Positions 51,778 to 62,398 are shown, counted from the stretch's first letter. The stretch: DNA of 64,000 nucleotides from an uncultured Lentisphaerales bacterium (GCA_943788985.1 CALSSJ010000017.1:64001-128000), one strand, 5' to 3'. Numbers and translations are program-made. Notes: generated from the letters alone by a model not told the origin.

Positions 51778-53151
51778 ATGAAATATCTAGCAGTGGACCT
51801 CGGTGCCTCTAGCGGTAGAACCATCGTTGCAGACCTCACACCGGGGCGCATCGAGCTGACAGAAACTCACCGCTTCAGCAACGGCTTCATCGATCGGGCT
51901 GGATCGAAAGTCTGGCCATTCGAAAAAATCATGACTGATGTCCGCAAAGGCATTGCCAACTCCGGCAAGATTGACGGCATTGGCCTTGACACTTGGGGTG
52001 TTGACTTCGGCTACATCGATAAGAGTGGAAATCTCCTGGCGGATCCGTATGCCTACCGGGATGCCCGCAGCGAGCGTGCCATGCCGGCAGTCTACGAGCG
52101 CATCAGCCGGGAGCGTCTCTACGAGATCGCTGGCATGCAGGAAATGACATTCAACTCCGTATTTCAGGTCATGGCCGACATGCTCGAGCGCCCTGCCCTC
52201 CTTGAGCGCGCCGCGCAACTACTGTTTACGCCCGACCTGATCGCACACGCGCTTACCGGTGACAGCGCGACCGAGTACACCGTCGCCTCCACCTCTGGAA
52301 TGCTCGACGCCGCTACCCGCACCTGGTCCAGCGAAATTCTCGACGCACTCGGCGCGCCACGTCATCTGTTCGGCCAAGTCGACTTCCCAGGCACCAAGCA
52401 GGGCAGCTACAATGGCATCCCAGTCTGCTTGGCTCCCTCCCATGATACCGCCAGTGCCGTCGCTGCCGTCCCCGCAACAGGAGATCCCGACTGGTGCTAC
52501 ATCAGCTCCGGAACCTGGTCGCTCGTCGGAGCAGAACTCGATGCCCCCGTCTGCACTGCCGAGGCACGGGATTCGGGCTTCACAAACGAAGGCGGTGTCG
52601 CCGGAAAAATTCGCTTCCTCACGAACGTGAACGGCATGTGGTTAATCCAGGAATGCCAGCGAATTTGGGCGGAGCAAGGACAAAACCTGACCTTTGCGGA
52701 AATCGCCAGCGCAGCCACAGCCTGCGCCGGTTTCAGCTCCAAAGTAGATCCTGCGGATAACCGCTTTCTCGCGCCTGACAATATGATCGAGCTTGTGCAG
52801 AGTTGCTGCCGCGAGACAGACCAACCCGTGCCCAAGACCGTTGGCGAGATCGCTCGCTGTTGCTACGAGAGCCTGGCAGCATCCTACGCAACTGTGATCA
52901 CCCGTCTCGAAGCCGTCAGCGGCCGCAGCTTCAACCGCATTCATGTAGTGGGTGGCGGCTGTCAAGCAACCTTGCTCAACCAGCTTACAGCTGATGCCTG
53001 CCAGCGTCCCGTCATCGCTGGACCAGTCGAAGCCACCGCCATCGGCAACGTCTCCGTCCAGGCCCTTGCGCAAGGCGTTTTTGCAAACCTCGCAGAACTG
53101 CGCGCAGCAGTCGCTGCCGCCTTCGAGACCACCGTCTACACTCCTCGCTAG
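51778..53151 (+). CDS. rhaB: Rhamnulokinase (FGGY family)
   Basis: AVDLGASSGR, DTWGVDF, HDTASAV, ISSGTWSL, TNEGG and GPVEATAIGN. Confidence 0.88.
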   Translation: MKYLAVDLGASSGRTIVADLTPGRIELTETHRFSNGFIDRAGSKVWPFEKIMTDVRKGIANSGKIDGIGLDTWGVDFGYIDKSGNLLADPYAYRDARSERAMPAVYERISRERLYEIAGMQEMTFNSVFQVMADMLERPALLERAAQLLFTPDLIAHALTGDSATEYTVASTSGMLDAATRTWSSEILDALGAPRHLFGQVDFPGTKQGSYNGIPVCLAPSHDTASAVAAVPATGDPDWCYISSGTWSLVGAELDAPVCTAEARDSGFTNEGGVAGKIRFLTNVNGMWLIQECQRIWAEQGQNLTFAEIASAATACAGFSSKVDPADNRFLAPDNMIELVQSCCRETDQPVPKTVGEIARCCYESLAASYATVITRLEAVSGRSFNRIHVVGGGCQATLLNQLTADACQRPVIAGPVEATAIGNVSVQALAQGVFANLAELRAAVAAAFETTVYTPR

Positions 53152-53348
53152 CAGTTGCGCCAAGCCAGCTCCGTGGTGGCTTTACAGCGTACATCGCAAG
53201 GCGGCACCGCGCACAATGGCAGGACTCGGCGACGCGATGACTTGATGACTTGATGACGCCCGCTCCCAGCCTGACTAGGCTGACTTCCGGCCAGTCCGAT
53301 TGCGGCTCGTTCCTAATTTCGGTCATCGCGTCGCCGGGAGTCACGGCG

Positions 53349-53651
53349 TCACCAAGTCTTACTCTCACGCGGCGATCCCGAATAGCTGCCCGAAAGCGCC
53401 CCAGGCCGATGGTCCCGCGCAGCAGCCAATGCGGCATCGATCATCGGGACATCAGGCTCGTGGGCAACTGCGAACTCCGCAACTTCGCAGCCCCCCTCGA
53501 CCAGGGCTTGGCGCTGCGCGGCGTTGCGAGCTTCGCAACTGCCGCGCACGAGCAGGAGGCGCTGGCCGTAGGCCCGCACCCAACTCGGGAGTTCGGCGAC
53601 GCTGCCCCAGCCAAATCGGAGTTGCTGTGCTGCGGCAGACTGAAAGTCCAT
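53349..53651 (-). pseudogene. Iron-containing alcohol dehydrogenase N-terminal remnant
   Basis: MDFQSAAAQQLRFGWGSV...RLLLVRG...HEPDV; degenerates at the GGGS motif and the rest is missing. Confidence 0.68.
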
Positions 53652-53661
53652 ATGAATCGAA

Positions 53662-54657
53662 TCAGCCGGCTCGCGGATGGGCAATCTCATACACCCGGCG
53701 TAGCCGCTCCGGTGTGATGTGCGTGTAGATCTGGGTCGTGGAAAGACTGCTGTGGCCCAGCATTTCCTGGACACTGCGCAGGTCTGCACCGGCGTCTAGC
53801 AGGTGCGACGCGAACGAGTGACGCAAGGCATGGGGTGTGTAGTCGACCGGCAATCCTGACTCACTCAAATAGACCTTGAACTGCCGTTGGACCGAGCGCA
53901 CGGTCAACGGCCCACCGCGCTGATTGCGGAACAGAATCCCCCGCTCTCGCCGTCCTGCGAACCCCAACCGCGCCCGCTCTGCCAGATACTCCCGCAGCGC
54001 CGACAGCGCCGGTTTCCCCAAGACGCACAGACGCTCCTTCTTGCCTTTTCCGCGCAATCGGGCAACACCGCTAATTAGGTCTACGTCGTCCAGTTCCAGC
54101 TGGATCGCCTCACTGATACGCATGCCACCGCTGTAGATCACTTCCAGGATCGCGCAATCGCGCGCCGCCGCGAACGTCGGTTCCCCACGCAGTGCGCAGT
54201 CACTCGAATATGCGCGTCGCCAATAACGGCTCGGCGCATCCAGCAATGACCGCACCTCATCAACCGACAGCACGTGGGGCAGATTTCGCTTCTGCTTGGG
54301 CCGACGCAACCCGGTAAAGGGATTCACCAGCAGGTTTCCTTCCCGCACCAGAAAATAACAGAAGCTTCGCAACGCCGAGAGCTTACGCAGGGTAGAAGTA
54401 CGTGCTAGGTTCCATTCTGAGAGGCGCACCAGGTAGCGGCGAGCCGCGCGCGCGTTGATTGCCTCATCAGTTGTGGGCTGTTTCAGGTCAGCGCCCAGCA
54501 CATTGTCAACGAATTGAACCAAATCGCGCCGATAGGCATCCAGCGTATGCTCGGAGGCATTTCGCTCGCGCTCCAAATACCGGAGAAAGCGATGAATCAT
54601 GTCGCCAATTGACCCGCTCGGCAATGCTAAGTCTTCGGGTATCTCAGCGCCGCTCAT
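53662..54657 (-). CDS. xerC: Tyrosine recombinase XerC/XerD
   Basis: ASEHTLDAYRRDL, GMRISE, GKGKKER, HALRHSFASH and LGHSSLSTTQIYTH. XerC versus XerD is not fully resolved. Confidence 0.85.
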   Translation of the reverse strand: MSGAEIPEDLALPSGSIGDMIHRFLRYLERERNASEHTLDAYRRDLVQFVDNVLGADLKQPTTDEAINARAARRYLVRLSEWNLARTSTLRKLSALRSFCYFLVREGNLLVNPFTGLRRPKQKRNLPHVLSVDEVRSLLDAPSRYWRRAYSSDCALRGEPTFAAARDCAILEVIYSGGMRISEAIQLELDDVDLISGVARLRGKGKKERLCVLGKPALSALREYLAERARLGFAGRRERGILFRNQRGGPLTVRSVQRQFKVYLSESGLPVDYTPHALRHSFASHLLDAGADLRSVQEMLGHSSLSTTQIYTHITPERLRRVYEIAHPRAG

Positions 54658-54793
54658 TTCTTTTTCCGGCGCTTTTTTTCTGCTCCCGACTCCAGCGTCA
54701 CTGTATTGTGCTCCGAGTTGACTTGACGATCGAAAACCGCGACGGTCATCCCATCTGCCCCGAGAGTCCCCGTAGGCGGGCAAAGACATTTTG

Positions 54794-55414
54794 CTATAGC
54801 TCCACCCACCTGCAGGAGCGGTGGGCATCTTCTTTCTTGCCCTTTTTTTCTTTCTCTCTGGCCTTACCAAAGGGTGCCACGCCTCTACCAATTGACGGTC
54901 TTGGGCAGGGCCCAATTCTTCCCCTTGTCCGCAGCTTACGCACACGATCCGGTGTATTGGCCGCCTTCAGCAGAGCTGTAAAATTCACTTGCCGCTTTTC
55001 CTTCTCAGCCTCAATGATCGCCACCAGCGCCTGCCACTTCGAGGGATTTAACCGGCGCACAATCGTGGAGAACGACAGACCGACCAACCCCTTCCGCGCG
55101 CTGCCAGCCTGCATGAGATTCCCTGCCACCTTGGACAAATACTCCGCAGAGGCATTGCCACCATCTTCCATCGACTGATCTGGCGGCGGAATTTTCGCTT
55201 CGTCGCCGATCCACTCGTTAAGCTGTTTTCCATTCGCGCTGGTGGGCGCCAGCGTCAAAATCATGCGCACCAGATTTCGCCCTAGATAGTCGCTATGGTC
55301 CTCGGCCAAGCGCTGCTGGGCAAGCCTTCCAGCTCCCGCCATGCAGGTATGGAAAGCACCGTCACACACAGACGACACCATGACCGCTAACATCGACAGC
55401 ATTCGGCGTTTCAT
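54794..55414 (-). CDS. Hypothetical exported protein (3' end uncertain)
   Basis: Signal peptide-like start 2 bp after the upstream stop; possible frameshift near the C-terminus. Confidence 0.5.
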   Translation of the reverse strand: MKRRMLSMLAVMVSSVCDGAFHTCMAGAGRLAQQRLAEDHSDYLGRNLVRMILTLAPTSANGKQLNEWIGDEAKIPPPDQSMEDGGNASAEYLSKVAGNLMQAGSARKGLVGLSFSTIVRRLNPSKWQALVAIIEAEKEKRQVNFTALLKAANTPDRVRKLRTRGRIGPCPRPSIGRGVAPFGKAREKEKKGKKEDAHRSCRWVEL

Positions 55415-55416
55415 CG

Positions 55417-56859
55417 TTACTCCCTGGCAGCCGCGTCCGCGATGACATGTGGCAGCCGGCTTTGACACCAAAGACAAAAAAGTACATTCACCGAGCCCAA
55501 GATACCAACAGTCAGATCATCGTTACACTCCATAACCTCGATGAGAAACCACAATACACCCACCTGTACTCCAAACCCAACTGCGAGTCCGATCACACTT
55601 GGCCAGCGCAGAACGCGCACTGACAAGTAGAAAATAAGATGCAATATTGCAACATATCCAGAGATCGCCACAATCGCCGACTCCTCCTCGCAAAGGACTT
55701 CTGCAATCCTCTCACACAAAGAGCCATCTCCGTAGATCAGCTCTACAAACACTAGGATTCCCGTTAGAAAAAGCATGCTTAACGCTCGCCCTGCTAACTT
55801 CCGCCAGATCAAACTACGCAACGATATCGGCAGTGTGAGGAGAACGGCCAGTGTGCGCTGACGCCACTCCCAGCCAAGAACATTGCCGACGTGCAAGGGA
55901 TAAATGAACAGAATCATCGAGATCATTAACCACTCTGTCGCATTAATGTCTTCCATCCGCCAGCCAAGGATAATCGGGACCACCGGCAAGAATAATGGCA
56001 GCGCGCCGCCGACGGCAATTCGCCACTCAAACCAGATTAGAAAGTCCCCCCAGCAGCGTCGGCGTCGGCCGTTGGAACGCGTTAGCTGCCAGCCTGGCAT
56101 CACTTCCAGCCTGCCATTTGAACGCGCAAGAACCGCCCAAGCCATTAGAAAAGCCAGCTGCGAGAGCCCGAAATAGAAGCCCCAACGGGCACTGCCCACA
56201 CCATCTACCAACTCCATAATGTGGTAGAAAGGACACACCATCTCCAGCATATGTCCGCTCTCGAAGTCGACAAAGAGAACTTCCTGCAGGGCTGGCCCCG
56301 CTAGCACGAAAAGGCTGACACTGGCAGCTGCCAGACCACACACGACGAGGCTAGCCGACACTGTCGAACAAAGCAGCGCCAGGTTACCGAGTAGCAACAC
56401 AAGACCAAGCAACTCCAGATACACCGTAAATACCGTCTCAACGGTGAGTCCTCCCAGAAGCGTAGCGAATAGCGCAAACGGAAGTTGGGCGAGTAGAAAT
56501 AAAGCACAGCGAATCAACCGCGCGGTCGACTTGCAAAGCAACAGAGAAAGCCAGCCCACGTCGGCGGTCTGCAGCAAGACAAGCGTCCCATCCGCCCGCT
56601 CTTCAGCAATCACAGAGCTAAAGGAAGTAACCGTCAGCAACGCCAATGCGAATAGATTGAGGACCGTCAACCTGGTAAAGAGCTCAAGTCCAGCGGCCCC
56701 TGAATACAAGGCGTGCACTTTCCCACTGCCTAGAAACACGCAGACCATACCGAGCAAGCCAGCCCGCCAGATGTAGGACTGCAGCGAGCGCTGGTCATCG
56801 CGCAGGTCCCGGATCAGTAGTGCGAGCAGCGCAGACGCTCGCTGCCGGAACGCCTTCAT
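55417..56859 (-). CDS. ABC-2 type transporter permease-like membrane protein
   Basis: IAEERADGTLVLL and a second EWRQRTLAVLLTLP motif; many TM helices. Confidence 0.72.
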   Translation of the reverse strand: MKAFRQRASALLALLIRDLRDDQRSLQSYIWRAGLLGMVCVFLGSGKVHALYSGAAGLELFTRLTVLNLFALALLTVTSFSSVIAEERADGTLVLLQTADVGWLSLLLCKSTARLIRCALFLLAQLPFALFATLLGGLTVETVFTVYLELLGLVLLLGNLALLCSTVSASLVVCGLAAASVSLFVLAGPALQEVLFVDFESGHMLEMVCPFYHIMELVDGVGSARWGFYFGLSQLAFLMAWAVLARSNGRLEVMPGWQLTRSNGRRRRCWGDFLIWFEWRIAVGGALPLFLPVVPIILGWRMEDINATEWLMISMILFIYPLHVGNVLGWEWRQRTLAVLLTLPISLRSLIWRKLAGRALSMLFLTGILVFVELIYGDGSLCERIAEVLCEEESAIVAISGYVAILHLIFYLSVRVLRWPSVIGLAVGFGVQVGVLWFLIEVMECNDDLTVGILGSVNVLFCLWCQSRLPHVIADAAARE

Positions 56860-59216
56860 GGCAGGAGAAGCTGCAACAGGCGCACCACTTCCGCCTCGCC
56901 CGGCTTGGCTCCATCGTAAATCTTGAGCGAGCGCTTGGCTTCGTCCTTCCGTCCCAAGTGGAAATAGCACTGCCCAAGATAGAAATGCGGCTCGACAGCT
57001 TCCGGAAGCAGCTGCGCCACCTCTTCAAAAAACGGCAGCGATTCCGGCCATTTCTGCGCGGCCACCAAATTTCGCCCGCGTTCAAATAGGGCGTTCGGCA
57101 GGTTCTTGGCAGCCGCCACGTACTCTGGATTCAGCGCCAATGCCTTCCGATACAGGCGCACGGCTTCTCCCGGCCGCCCCGTCTGCAGAAAAACCCCAGC
57201 CATATTGTTTAACGCAGTCTGCAACGAATCATCCAACTCCAGCGCCTTCGTTAGATATTTTTCGGCCGCGTCGTAATCCTCCAGCCGAAATGTCGCCGCT
57301 CCGAGGTCCGAGTACACACCCGCAGTGTTCGAGCCCAGTTCAATTGCGGCCTTATAGGCATGAATCGATGCTTCGACCGCGCCAGCTTTCAGCCGCGCCC
57401 GCCCAAGCTGCTCGTGAAAGCGCGCATTATTCGGCGAAGTCTCAACCAATTCCTCGAAGCATGTTGCGGACTCCGCATATTTTCCAGCAAACAGCAGTGT
57501 ATCTGCCAGTTTGGTCCGTGCATTCATATTGTCCGGCTGATGCGCAATCACCGTGCGAAATCCGGCAATCGCCCGGTCGTACTCCAGCAACTTCGAGCGG
57601 GCAACCGACAAGTCATACAGTGCCCGCATATCACTCCTGTTAAGCTCGTACGCCTTCCCGAAACAGCCAGCGGCCTTGGCGTGTTCGCCCTGCTTACCAT
57701 AGAGCAGCCCCAGATTGACATAGCTGTCCAGATATCTGGGGTTGATCTCCAGCGATTTCAGATAAGACTGCTCTGCTCTCTTCAGATAGTCCGCGTTTGC
57801 GAGGCGATCCTCATGATAGAGCCGCAACATCTGCTCGCCGTACGAAGCATTCGCGCGTGCGCTGTTTGGCGCCCGCTTCACATCAGAGCTAACCAACGTC
57901 CAATTATTTTTCCACACAGGGTTTCGCACCACAGTTCTCACTGAGTAGCCGACGACCAGCAACCCAACAACGGCAAAGGAAACCTTGCGTGGTACGGCCA
58001 CTTGGGGCGGGGCCCCCACGGCCCAGGCGGCGATCCCGACGCAGTATGCCACTGACGGCATGTACAAAAAGCGATCCGCCATCGGCGCCCCAATCGGAAA
58101 CACCAGATTGGATACGATCGAGAGCGTTGCCAGATAATACAGCGGCAAAATCCCGTGCGCCCGTTTGTGCCCCAACGCCCATATCGCCCAGCCCGCCAGC
58201 GCCAGATGTAAAACCACACTCAGCAATGCCTCCACGTTCAGAAAGTCCACCGCTGGAATCTGATTGTACGAGTAATCGTAGGACAGCGGATGCGGAAAAA
58301 CCATCAGCTTGAGGTAGCGAAATAATGTCAGAAATATTGTCGCGTAGCGTTCGGTCGATGTCATTGCCGCGAACGGATCCAGCATCACATCGGTAGACAC
58401 CCGGTCCCCGATCGATCCGGCGCATACTGCCCGAATCAGGACAAACACGATCGCCACCGCCAGAAAGGGCGCGGTCCATTTGAGCAATTGGGACACCCTA
58501 AACCCACGCAAGCAATACAGGCACGCAGGAAAAATAGCCAAAAAGGTAACCGCACTCTCCTTCGAAAACAGCGCCAGGAAGTACACCGCCACCGATCCAG
58601 CCAGCCATGCCTTCGCCCGGTCCGTTGCTTGCAGCAGCATCCAGAACGACACCAGCACCAGCAGAAAGCAGAGCACATCGTCCCTGCCCTTGATGTTCGC
58701 CACTGCCTCCGTGTGCGAGGGATGCGCGGCAAACAACATCGCCGCCAGCCACGCAATCCACCCTCGATTTGGCAACGCGTGCAGCAGCTTCAGCAAACAG
58801 GCATAAAGCGCTAGGCAAGTGATCGCGTACAGCAGCGCGTTGATGCCATGACTTCGCTCTGGCCGAAACGTCGGCTCCTCTGCCGGTCCGCCCCACAACT
58901 GCTGCTCTAGCGCAAATGTCACCAACGACAGCGGCCGATAGCGGCCACCGCTCAAGGCCACTTCCTTTTCCAGAAACCCGCGAAACGTGTCTTGGGACAT
59001 TATTTTGCCGATTCCCGCCACGCCTTCCTTGACGTAGCTGTTGTCGCGAAAGACCACGTAGTCGTCGAGCGCAAAATCATGACCCAACGTATTCACGTAC
59101 AGCAGAAAACCGAGGGCAAACACCGAAAGTGCCTGCCAGCGAAACGTGGCAGCGTCTAACCCGACCGGCCTCTCTTCCGCGGAAACCCGCCACTTCTTCC
59201 GAGCGCGCCTAGCCAT
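56856..59216 (-). CDS. TMTC-like (GT-C/DUF1736) membrane glycosyltransferase with TPR repeats
   Basis: FALDD, YRPL, HPSHTEAVANIKGR, SKESA, PLSYDYS and ADRFLYMPS, followed by about 8-9 TPRs. Confidence 0.85.
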   Translation of the reverse strand: MARRARKKWRVSAEERPVGLDAATFRWQALSVFALGFLLYVNTLGHDFALDDYVVFRDNSYVKEGVAGIGKIMSQDTFRGFLEKEVALSGGRYRPLSLVTFALEQQLWGGPAEEPTFRPERSHGINALLYAITCLALYACLLKLLHALPNRGWIAWLAAMLFAAHPSHTEAVANIKGRDDVLCFLLVLVSFWMLLQATDRAKAWLAGSVAVYFLALFSKESAVTFLAIFPACLYCLRGFRVSQLLKWTAPFLAVAIVFVLIRAVCAGSIGDRVSTDVMLDPFAAMTSTERYATIFLTLFRYLKLMVFPHPLSYDYSYNQIPAVDFLNVEALLSVVLHLALAGWAIWALGHKRAHGILPLYYLATLSIVSNLVFPIGAPMADRFLYMPSVAYCVGIAAWAVGAPPQVAVPRKVSFAVVGLLVVGYSVRTVVRNPVWKNNWTLVSSDVKRAPNSARANASYGEQMLRLYHEDRLANADYLKRAEQSYLKSLEINPRYLDSYVNLGLLYGKQGEHAKAAGCFGKAYELNRSDMRALYDLSVARSKLLEYDRAIAGFRTVIAHQPDNMNARTKLADTLLFAGKYAESATCFEELVETSPNNARFHEQLGRARLKAGAVEASIHAYKAAIELGSNTAGVYSDLGAATFRLEDYDAAEKYLTKALELDDSLQTALNNMAGVFLQTGRPGEAVRLYRKALALNPEYVAAAKNLPNALFERGRNLVAAQKWPESLPFFEEVAQLLPEAVEPHFYLGQCYFHLGRKDEAKRSLKIYDGAKPGEAEVVRLLQLLLP

Positions 59217-60333
59217 CAGCGATTCGCCGGTACAGATCCCCGTAACCCGCCACCATCGACTTCATTGAAAATCTCTCTATGACTACCGCCCGTGCGCGAG
59301 TTGCGAACTCCGCATTTTGCTCCCGCGCGAGCAACGCGTCGCGCAAGGCTGCGACAAATTGCTTGTGGTCCGTTAAGTCCGCGATCCAGCCGTCCGCACC
59401 GTGCGTCACCGCATCTGCGGCACCACAGGCGGCATTCGTTAGCACGGGCACGCCACTCGCCATCGCTTCCAAGGCCGCGTTCGACAGACCCTCGCGAATC
59501 GACGGAATCGCCAGCACATTAAACGCCGGATAGACCTCAGCGGGCAGGGATCTAAATCCTGCGAGATGCACCCGGTCAGAGAATTGTGAGGCCGCGCGCC
59601 TTGCCTCGACTGCCTCTTTTCGCGGTCCACTCCCGCCGACAAACACTAGGTGAAAGTCCGGGAACTCTCCCGCTAACTCGTCGAACGCGGCCAACGCGGC
59701 CTCATGTCGCTTGTAGGCCCCGAATCGCGCCACCATGCCGACCACAAATGCGGACTCCGCAATCCCCAGTTCTGCTCGCAGCGTGCAGTGCTGGTCTGGC
59801 CGAAACACGGTCGTATCGACGCCGTTCGTCACTGTTGCAATCTCACGATTGTTCAAGCCCAACGCTTCTAGATGCCGGGTCAGCCCGATGGTGACCGTCT
59901 GCACCGATTTCGCCGCACCGTAGAATCGCCGCCGCAGCGCCAGTCTTTTCGCGGTCTGCTCCTCTTCGGGCATCTCCGAGTGCACCCCGTGCAGCAGCGG
60001 AACCGAGCGCCCCCACCAGGTAGCTGGAGCTGCGTAGATGAGAGTTGCTAGATTATGCGTATGCACCACATCCGGCTTCACGCGCCGGATCGCATTCATC
60101 AACCGCCAGACAGTGCGCAGCGATTTTCCCGGTGGTTTGCCCAGCACGTCGATGCAGTCGCCGTTGCGAATTAGCCGGTCGGCAAACTCGCCGCGCGTGG
60201 CCAGACAGCAGAATTGCACGTCGAACGCTTCGGGGTCCAGCCGATTCGCCACGTTAACTACGCCATTCTCCATCCCGCCCTGTTCCAAAGACAGAACGAC
60301 GTGAAGCACCCGAACAGATTTCGATCCAGCCAT
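59209..60333 (-). CDS. Glycosyltransferase family 4
   Basis: GGMENG, VVHTHN, NGVD and PSIREGLSNAALEAMASG. Confidence 0.92.
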   Translation of the reverse strand: MAGSKSVRVLHVVLSLEQGGMENGVVNVANRLDPEAFDVQFCCLATRGEFADRLIRNGDCIDVLGKPPGKSLRTVWRLMNAIRRVKPDVVHTHNLATLIYAAPATWWGRSVPLLHGVHSEMPEEEQTAKRLALRRRFYGAAKSVQTVTIGLTRHLEALGLNNREIATVTNGVDTTVFRPDQHCTLRAELGIAESAFVVGMVARFGAYKRHEAALAAFDELAGEFPDFHLVFVGGSGPRKEAVEARRAASQFSDRVHLAGFRSLPAEVYPAFNVLAIPSIREGLSNAALEAMASGVPVLTNAACGAADAVTHGADGWIADLTDHKQFVAALRDALLAREQNAEFATRARAVVIERFSMKSMVAGYGDLYRRIADG

Positions 60334-60489
60334 TCCCAGAGCCACCCACAGCCTTCGATCACAAGAACCCGTAGAGTAGCTCGACTTCGCGCCACGACAA
60401 CCCAAATACGCGCCGCTCGCGGCTGGTACTGCCGCCCACTTGCGTTACTGTACGTATTCTCACTGAACGCTCGCGCCATGGAGGACACA

Positions 60490-60753
60490 ATGTCTCGGTT
60501 CCTGACCCTATTTTTTCTCGTGATGGCTATGCTGCTTGCCACGGGTTGCTGCTGCCGCCCCTACCAAACTCGCGCACACAATCCTTATCAGGATCGCACC
60601 GTTGACTGGTATTCCTGGCCCAAGGAGAGCATGGAACCCAAGACACGCCGCGTCGCGATCCCACGCGTCTACAAGCGTTATGGCATCAGTCAGAGTGCAA
60701 GCATCGGCGTCATGCCGCAATTGCACAATGGCGTACTGCTGGAGTACGAGTAG
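60490..60753 (+). CDS. Small hypothetical lipoprotein
   Basis: GGAGG RBS; lipobox LATG-C. Confidence 0.6.
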   Translation: MSRFLTLFFLVMAMLLATGCCCRPYQTRAHNPYQDRTVDWYSWPKESMEPKTRRVAIPRVYKRYGISQSASIGVMPQLHNGVLLEYE

Positions 60754-60758
60754 GCCAA

Positions 60759-62033
60759 TTGTTCGCCCGACTGACGCTGCTCACAGCGCTTGCACTACTC
60801 TTCGCAGGCTGCCGGACGATCTACGACCCATTTGATGCCGGCAAGAAATCCCAGGAGCGCGGCGACCATCGCGAGGCAGTAGACGCCTACTCCGAAGCCC
60901 TGGCCAACACCCCCGAGTGGACCGAAGCGCAGAACCGCCTGCGCAAGTCTGCCAACGAAGCCATCTCCCAGCGCTACGAAACTGCCAAGCGTCTAAAAGA
61001 TCCGCTGGCCGCCGCTGAGACTTGCCTCGAGATTGACCGCGTGATCGCCCGTGGCCGCGAGGCCAACGTCGGCTTGGAAATCCCAGACGATTACCCACGG
61101 TTTCGCCGCGATCTGCTCGACACCGCCATCGAAACCAAGCGTACTCGGGCACGAGAGCTCGCCGCGCGCGGCAAGTGGCGCGTCGCCCAACGCCTCATCA
61201 GGCAGGCAGGTGAAGATTTCCACGCCACCACTCAACAGCACCGACTTCTCCGCGAAGACGCTGTCCAAATCCAGCTCGATCGCGCCCGCAAAGCACTCGC
61301 CAAGAACCGCTACTGCGACGCCCAAGAAATCTTACGAGACGCCCGCAAACTTGCGGCAGAAAGCCACGTCAGCGAAGACTTGCGCGCTCTCGAGCAGCGC
61401 GTTGCGGACTTCGCAGCCAAGCGCGTCGTTGTCTTCCCGCTTTGGGCCCCGCCTGAAGCCGGTGAACTGCCGCCCGGCTTCCTCGATGACTTGAACCACT
61501 CGCTGCATGCTGCGCTACAAGACACCCCGGCCTTTCTCCAGGTTGCCCCACAGACAGAGATCACGAGCTGGCTGCGCACCAACAACCTCTCGCGCCGCTC
61601 CCGCAGCGTTGCGAGCTCCGCGAACGCGGGCGAGGACCTGAAGGCCGATCTCGTCGTAAACGCCTGGCTCGAGCGCATGAGCAGTGACGAATCCTCGCTC
61701 ACAGGCCGCCCAATCCAGGCCCGCACACGCGAGGGAGAGGCCACTGAATACACCCTGCTTTCCGGCCCCTGCCGGATCCACTGCCAAGTTCGCTTCGTGG
61801 TGATCGACACCGCGACCCGCAAAGCCGTGCTGGACAAGACTCTCAATACCGTAGCCAAGGGCCGCATTGAGCGTGCCACATTTGCGGGCAACATCCGCAC
61901 CCTTAATCTCAACCCGGCCGAACGTCGACTCTTTCACCTCGGCGGGAACCGCAGCACCGAGGATGATCTCATGCGCAAGGCTGCCCAACAACTCGTCGAC
62001 GCTACATCGAGGCTTGCCGGCTGCGACCGATGA
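60759..62033 (+). CDS. TPR-containing lipoprotein with C-terminal alpha/beta (CsgG/LpoB-like) domain
   Basis: Lipobox FAG-C; helical repeats; RVVVFP...ADLVV. Confidence 0.65.
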   Translation: MFARLTLLTALALLFAGCRTIYDPFDAGKKSQERGDHREAVDAYSEALANTPEWTEAQNRLRKSANEAISQRYETAKRLKDPLAAAETCLEIDRVIARGREANVGLEIPDDYPRFRRDLLDTAIETKRTRARELAARGKWRVAQRLIRQAGEDFHATTQQHRLLREDAVQIQLDRARKALAKNRYCDAQEILRDARKLAAESHVSEDLRALEQRVADFAAKRVVVFPLWAPPEAGELPPGFLDDLNHSLHAALQDTPAFLQVAPQTEITSWLRTNNLSRRSRSVASSANAGEDLKADLVVNAWLERMSSDESSLTGRPIQARTREGEATEYTLLSGPCRIHCQVRFVVIDTATRKAVLDKTLNTVAKGRIERATFAGNIRTLNLNPAERRLFHLGGNRSTEDDLMRKAAQQLVDATSRLAGCDR

Positions 62034-62398
62034 CCCCGTTGGTCACGGTCGTCATGCCCTGCCGCAACGAACAAGACCACATCGCCGACTGTCTGCGCTC
62101 ATTACTTGACAGCGACTACCCGCCAGACCGCCTCGAGTTCATGATTTTTGATGGCCAGAGCAAAGACCGCACCCCCGAGATTCTTGCGGAGTGCGCAAAA
62201 GAAGATCCTCGCATGAAAGTCATCGCGAACTCCGCAAAAATCAGGCCCGTCGGGCTTGATCTTGGCTTAGCCGAAGCCACCGGCGAGATCATTACCCGAG
62301 CCGATGCCCATACCTGCGCGTCCTTACCGAGCTGCTGCGCGCCGAAGACGCAGACATTATCGGGTGCGAACTCGCAGCCAGGAAAGGTCACCGCGTGA
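62030..62398 (+). pseudogene. Glycosyltransferase family 2 (ExoA-like), truncated
   Basis: VTVVMPCRNE, DGQSKD and RADAH, then the sequence degenerates after ~95 aa. Confidence 0.75.

Noticed and set aside
53236..53257. Short GATGACTT tandem repeat (under 3 copies)
   Set aside because: Too short; lies in decayed intergenic DNA with no spacers, so not CRISPR.
53662..54657. Tyrosine recombinase as a possible phage or island integrase
   Set aside because: Length and motifs match chromosomal Xer proteins, with no att sites, cassettes or phage genes nearby.
54658..54945. Apparent 96-aa N-terminal extension of the Xer recombinase
   Set aside because: It overlaps the upstream gene's uncertain 3' end, and the Met at 54657 gives a normal-length Xer protein.
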